Source: an uncultured Bacteriovoracaceae bacterium (lineage in GTDB: Bacteria > Bdellovibrionota > UBA1018). Taken from it: a DNA stretch of 64,000 nucleotides. This document shows, piece by piece, positions 63,663-64,000 of this stretch. A program made the position numbers and the translations under genes. The stretch covers positions 2,031-66,030 of the forward strand of contig CAZLYB010000005.1 of assembly GCA_964563795.1 (NCBI GenBank), written 5' to 3'. The notes below the pieces were generated by a model. It was given only the letters and a program-made list of their open reading frames with translations, searched no databases and was not told the DNA's origin. The stretch's first letter is position 1. Each line of letters opens with the position of its first letter.

Positions 63663-63988
63663 GGGGTGTTCTCCCCACGGCTTTCAGCTCCGGCGTAAGC
63701 AGCTCCCAGCTCGCCGAAATTGCTGAAGTGAAGCAGATACGAGAGAAGCGATAGACGCTGTTCCTTCACGACGCCGCGGATGACCCAAGTCGCGGTAGCG
63801 TCGTTGGTCGATTTGTTATCGGGATCAAGAAACGTGAGCAGGTTTCCTGCGACCGAGGCAACGGTGAATTCCTGCTCAAAGTTATCCGTTGAAAATGCGA
63901 TCCGCATGTCGTCGGCGTCAAGCGGCCAAACGATCGCGGTGTATCCCGAAGGCGTTGCAATGGTCGCAGTCTTTGCGGTCGCATCCAC
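63659..63988 (-). CDS. Phage hypothetical protein
   Basis: 109-aa ORF whose stop overlaps the downstream ATG (ATGA). Its start lies close to the window edge. Confidence 0.4.
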   Translation of the reverse strand: MDATAKTATIATPSGYTAIVWPLDADDMRIAFSTDNFEQEFTVASVAGNLLTFLDPDNKSTNDATATWVIRGVVKEQRLSLLSYLLHFSNFGELGAAYAGAESRGENTP

Positions 63989-64000
63989 ATTGGCAGTAGC

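Larger units (their letters stand above)
49115..64000. mobile_element. Prophage-like / phage-derived gene block (left boundary about 48.8-49.1 kb; right end beyond the window)
   Basis: About 27 tightly packed, mostly overlapping small genes in two convergent modules. They include a replication organiser-like protein, a DnaC/IstB-like ATPase, DUF6011-like and DUF1064-like proteins, zinc-ribbon miniproteins and large Ala/Gln-rich virion-internal-like proteins. Confidence 0.7.

Noticed and set aside
1-64000. CRISPR arrays, rRNA genes, IS elements or transposases.
   Set aside because: I found no regularly spaced direct repeats, no rRNA-like conserved stretches, and no transposase- or integrase-like ORFs or terminal inverted repeats by eye. 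The only tandem repeat is the 2 x 18-nt coding duplication at 49583-49618.

Overview
This is a gene-dense, moderately GC-rich bacterial chromosomal window. Intergenic space is very small and many neighbouring genes are coupled by ATGA or TAATG overlaps. About 1-37.8 kb is mostly housekeeping: an exbB-exbD-exbD-like transporter, trxA, polA, nrdR-nusB, glyA, rpiB, the fabH-fabD-fabG-acpP-fabF block with rpmF/yceD, and a thiolase with a two-subunit 3-oxoacid CoA-transferase. These are interspersed with many predicted secreted or lipoprotein hydrolases: phospholipase D-like, HtrA, an HExxH lipoprotein, an S8 subtilase, an S1 protease, Slt and an M19-like dipeptidase. That hydrolase load, a DUF4423/TIGR02147-like regulator and a Lys/Ala/Pro-rich histone-like protein make me suspect a Bdellovibrio-like or deltaproteobacterial-type organism, but this is inference only. 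There are four accessory parts. (1) An AbiEi/AbiEii-like toxin-antitoxin pair is cut by the left edge. (2) At 37.8-42.5 kb sits a compact RiPP-like locus, which is the most interesting item. It holds a SagB-type dehydrogenase and a 59-aa Cys-rich peptide gene that is too short for the supplied ORF track and is followed by a perfect 14-bp hairpin. It also holds an orphan family-5 solute-binding lipoprotein, a GNAT and a short stand-alone YcaO-like protein. (3) Two-component signalling genes lie at 42.5-47.1 kb. (4) From about 49.1 kb to the right edge runs a tightly packed phage-like block in which I could not recognise an integrase, terminase, portal or classical capsid gene. I found no rRNA, tRNA or CRISPR array. 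All family assignments come from motif recognition by eye and need HMM or BLAST confirmation.
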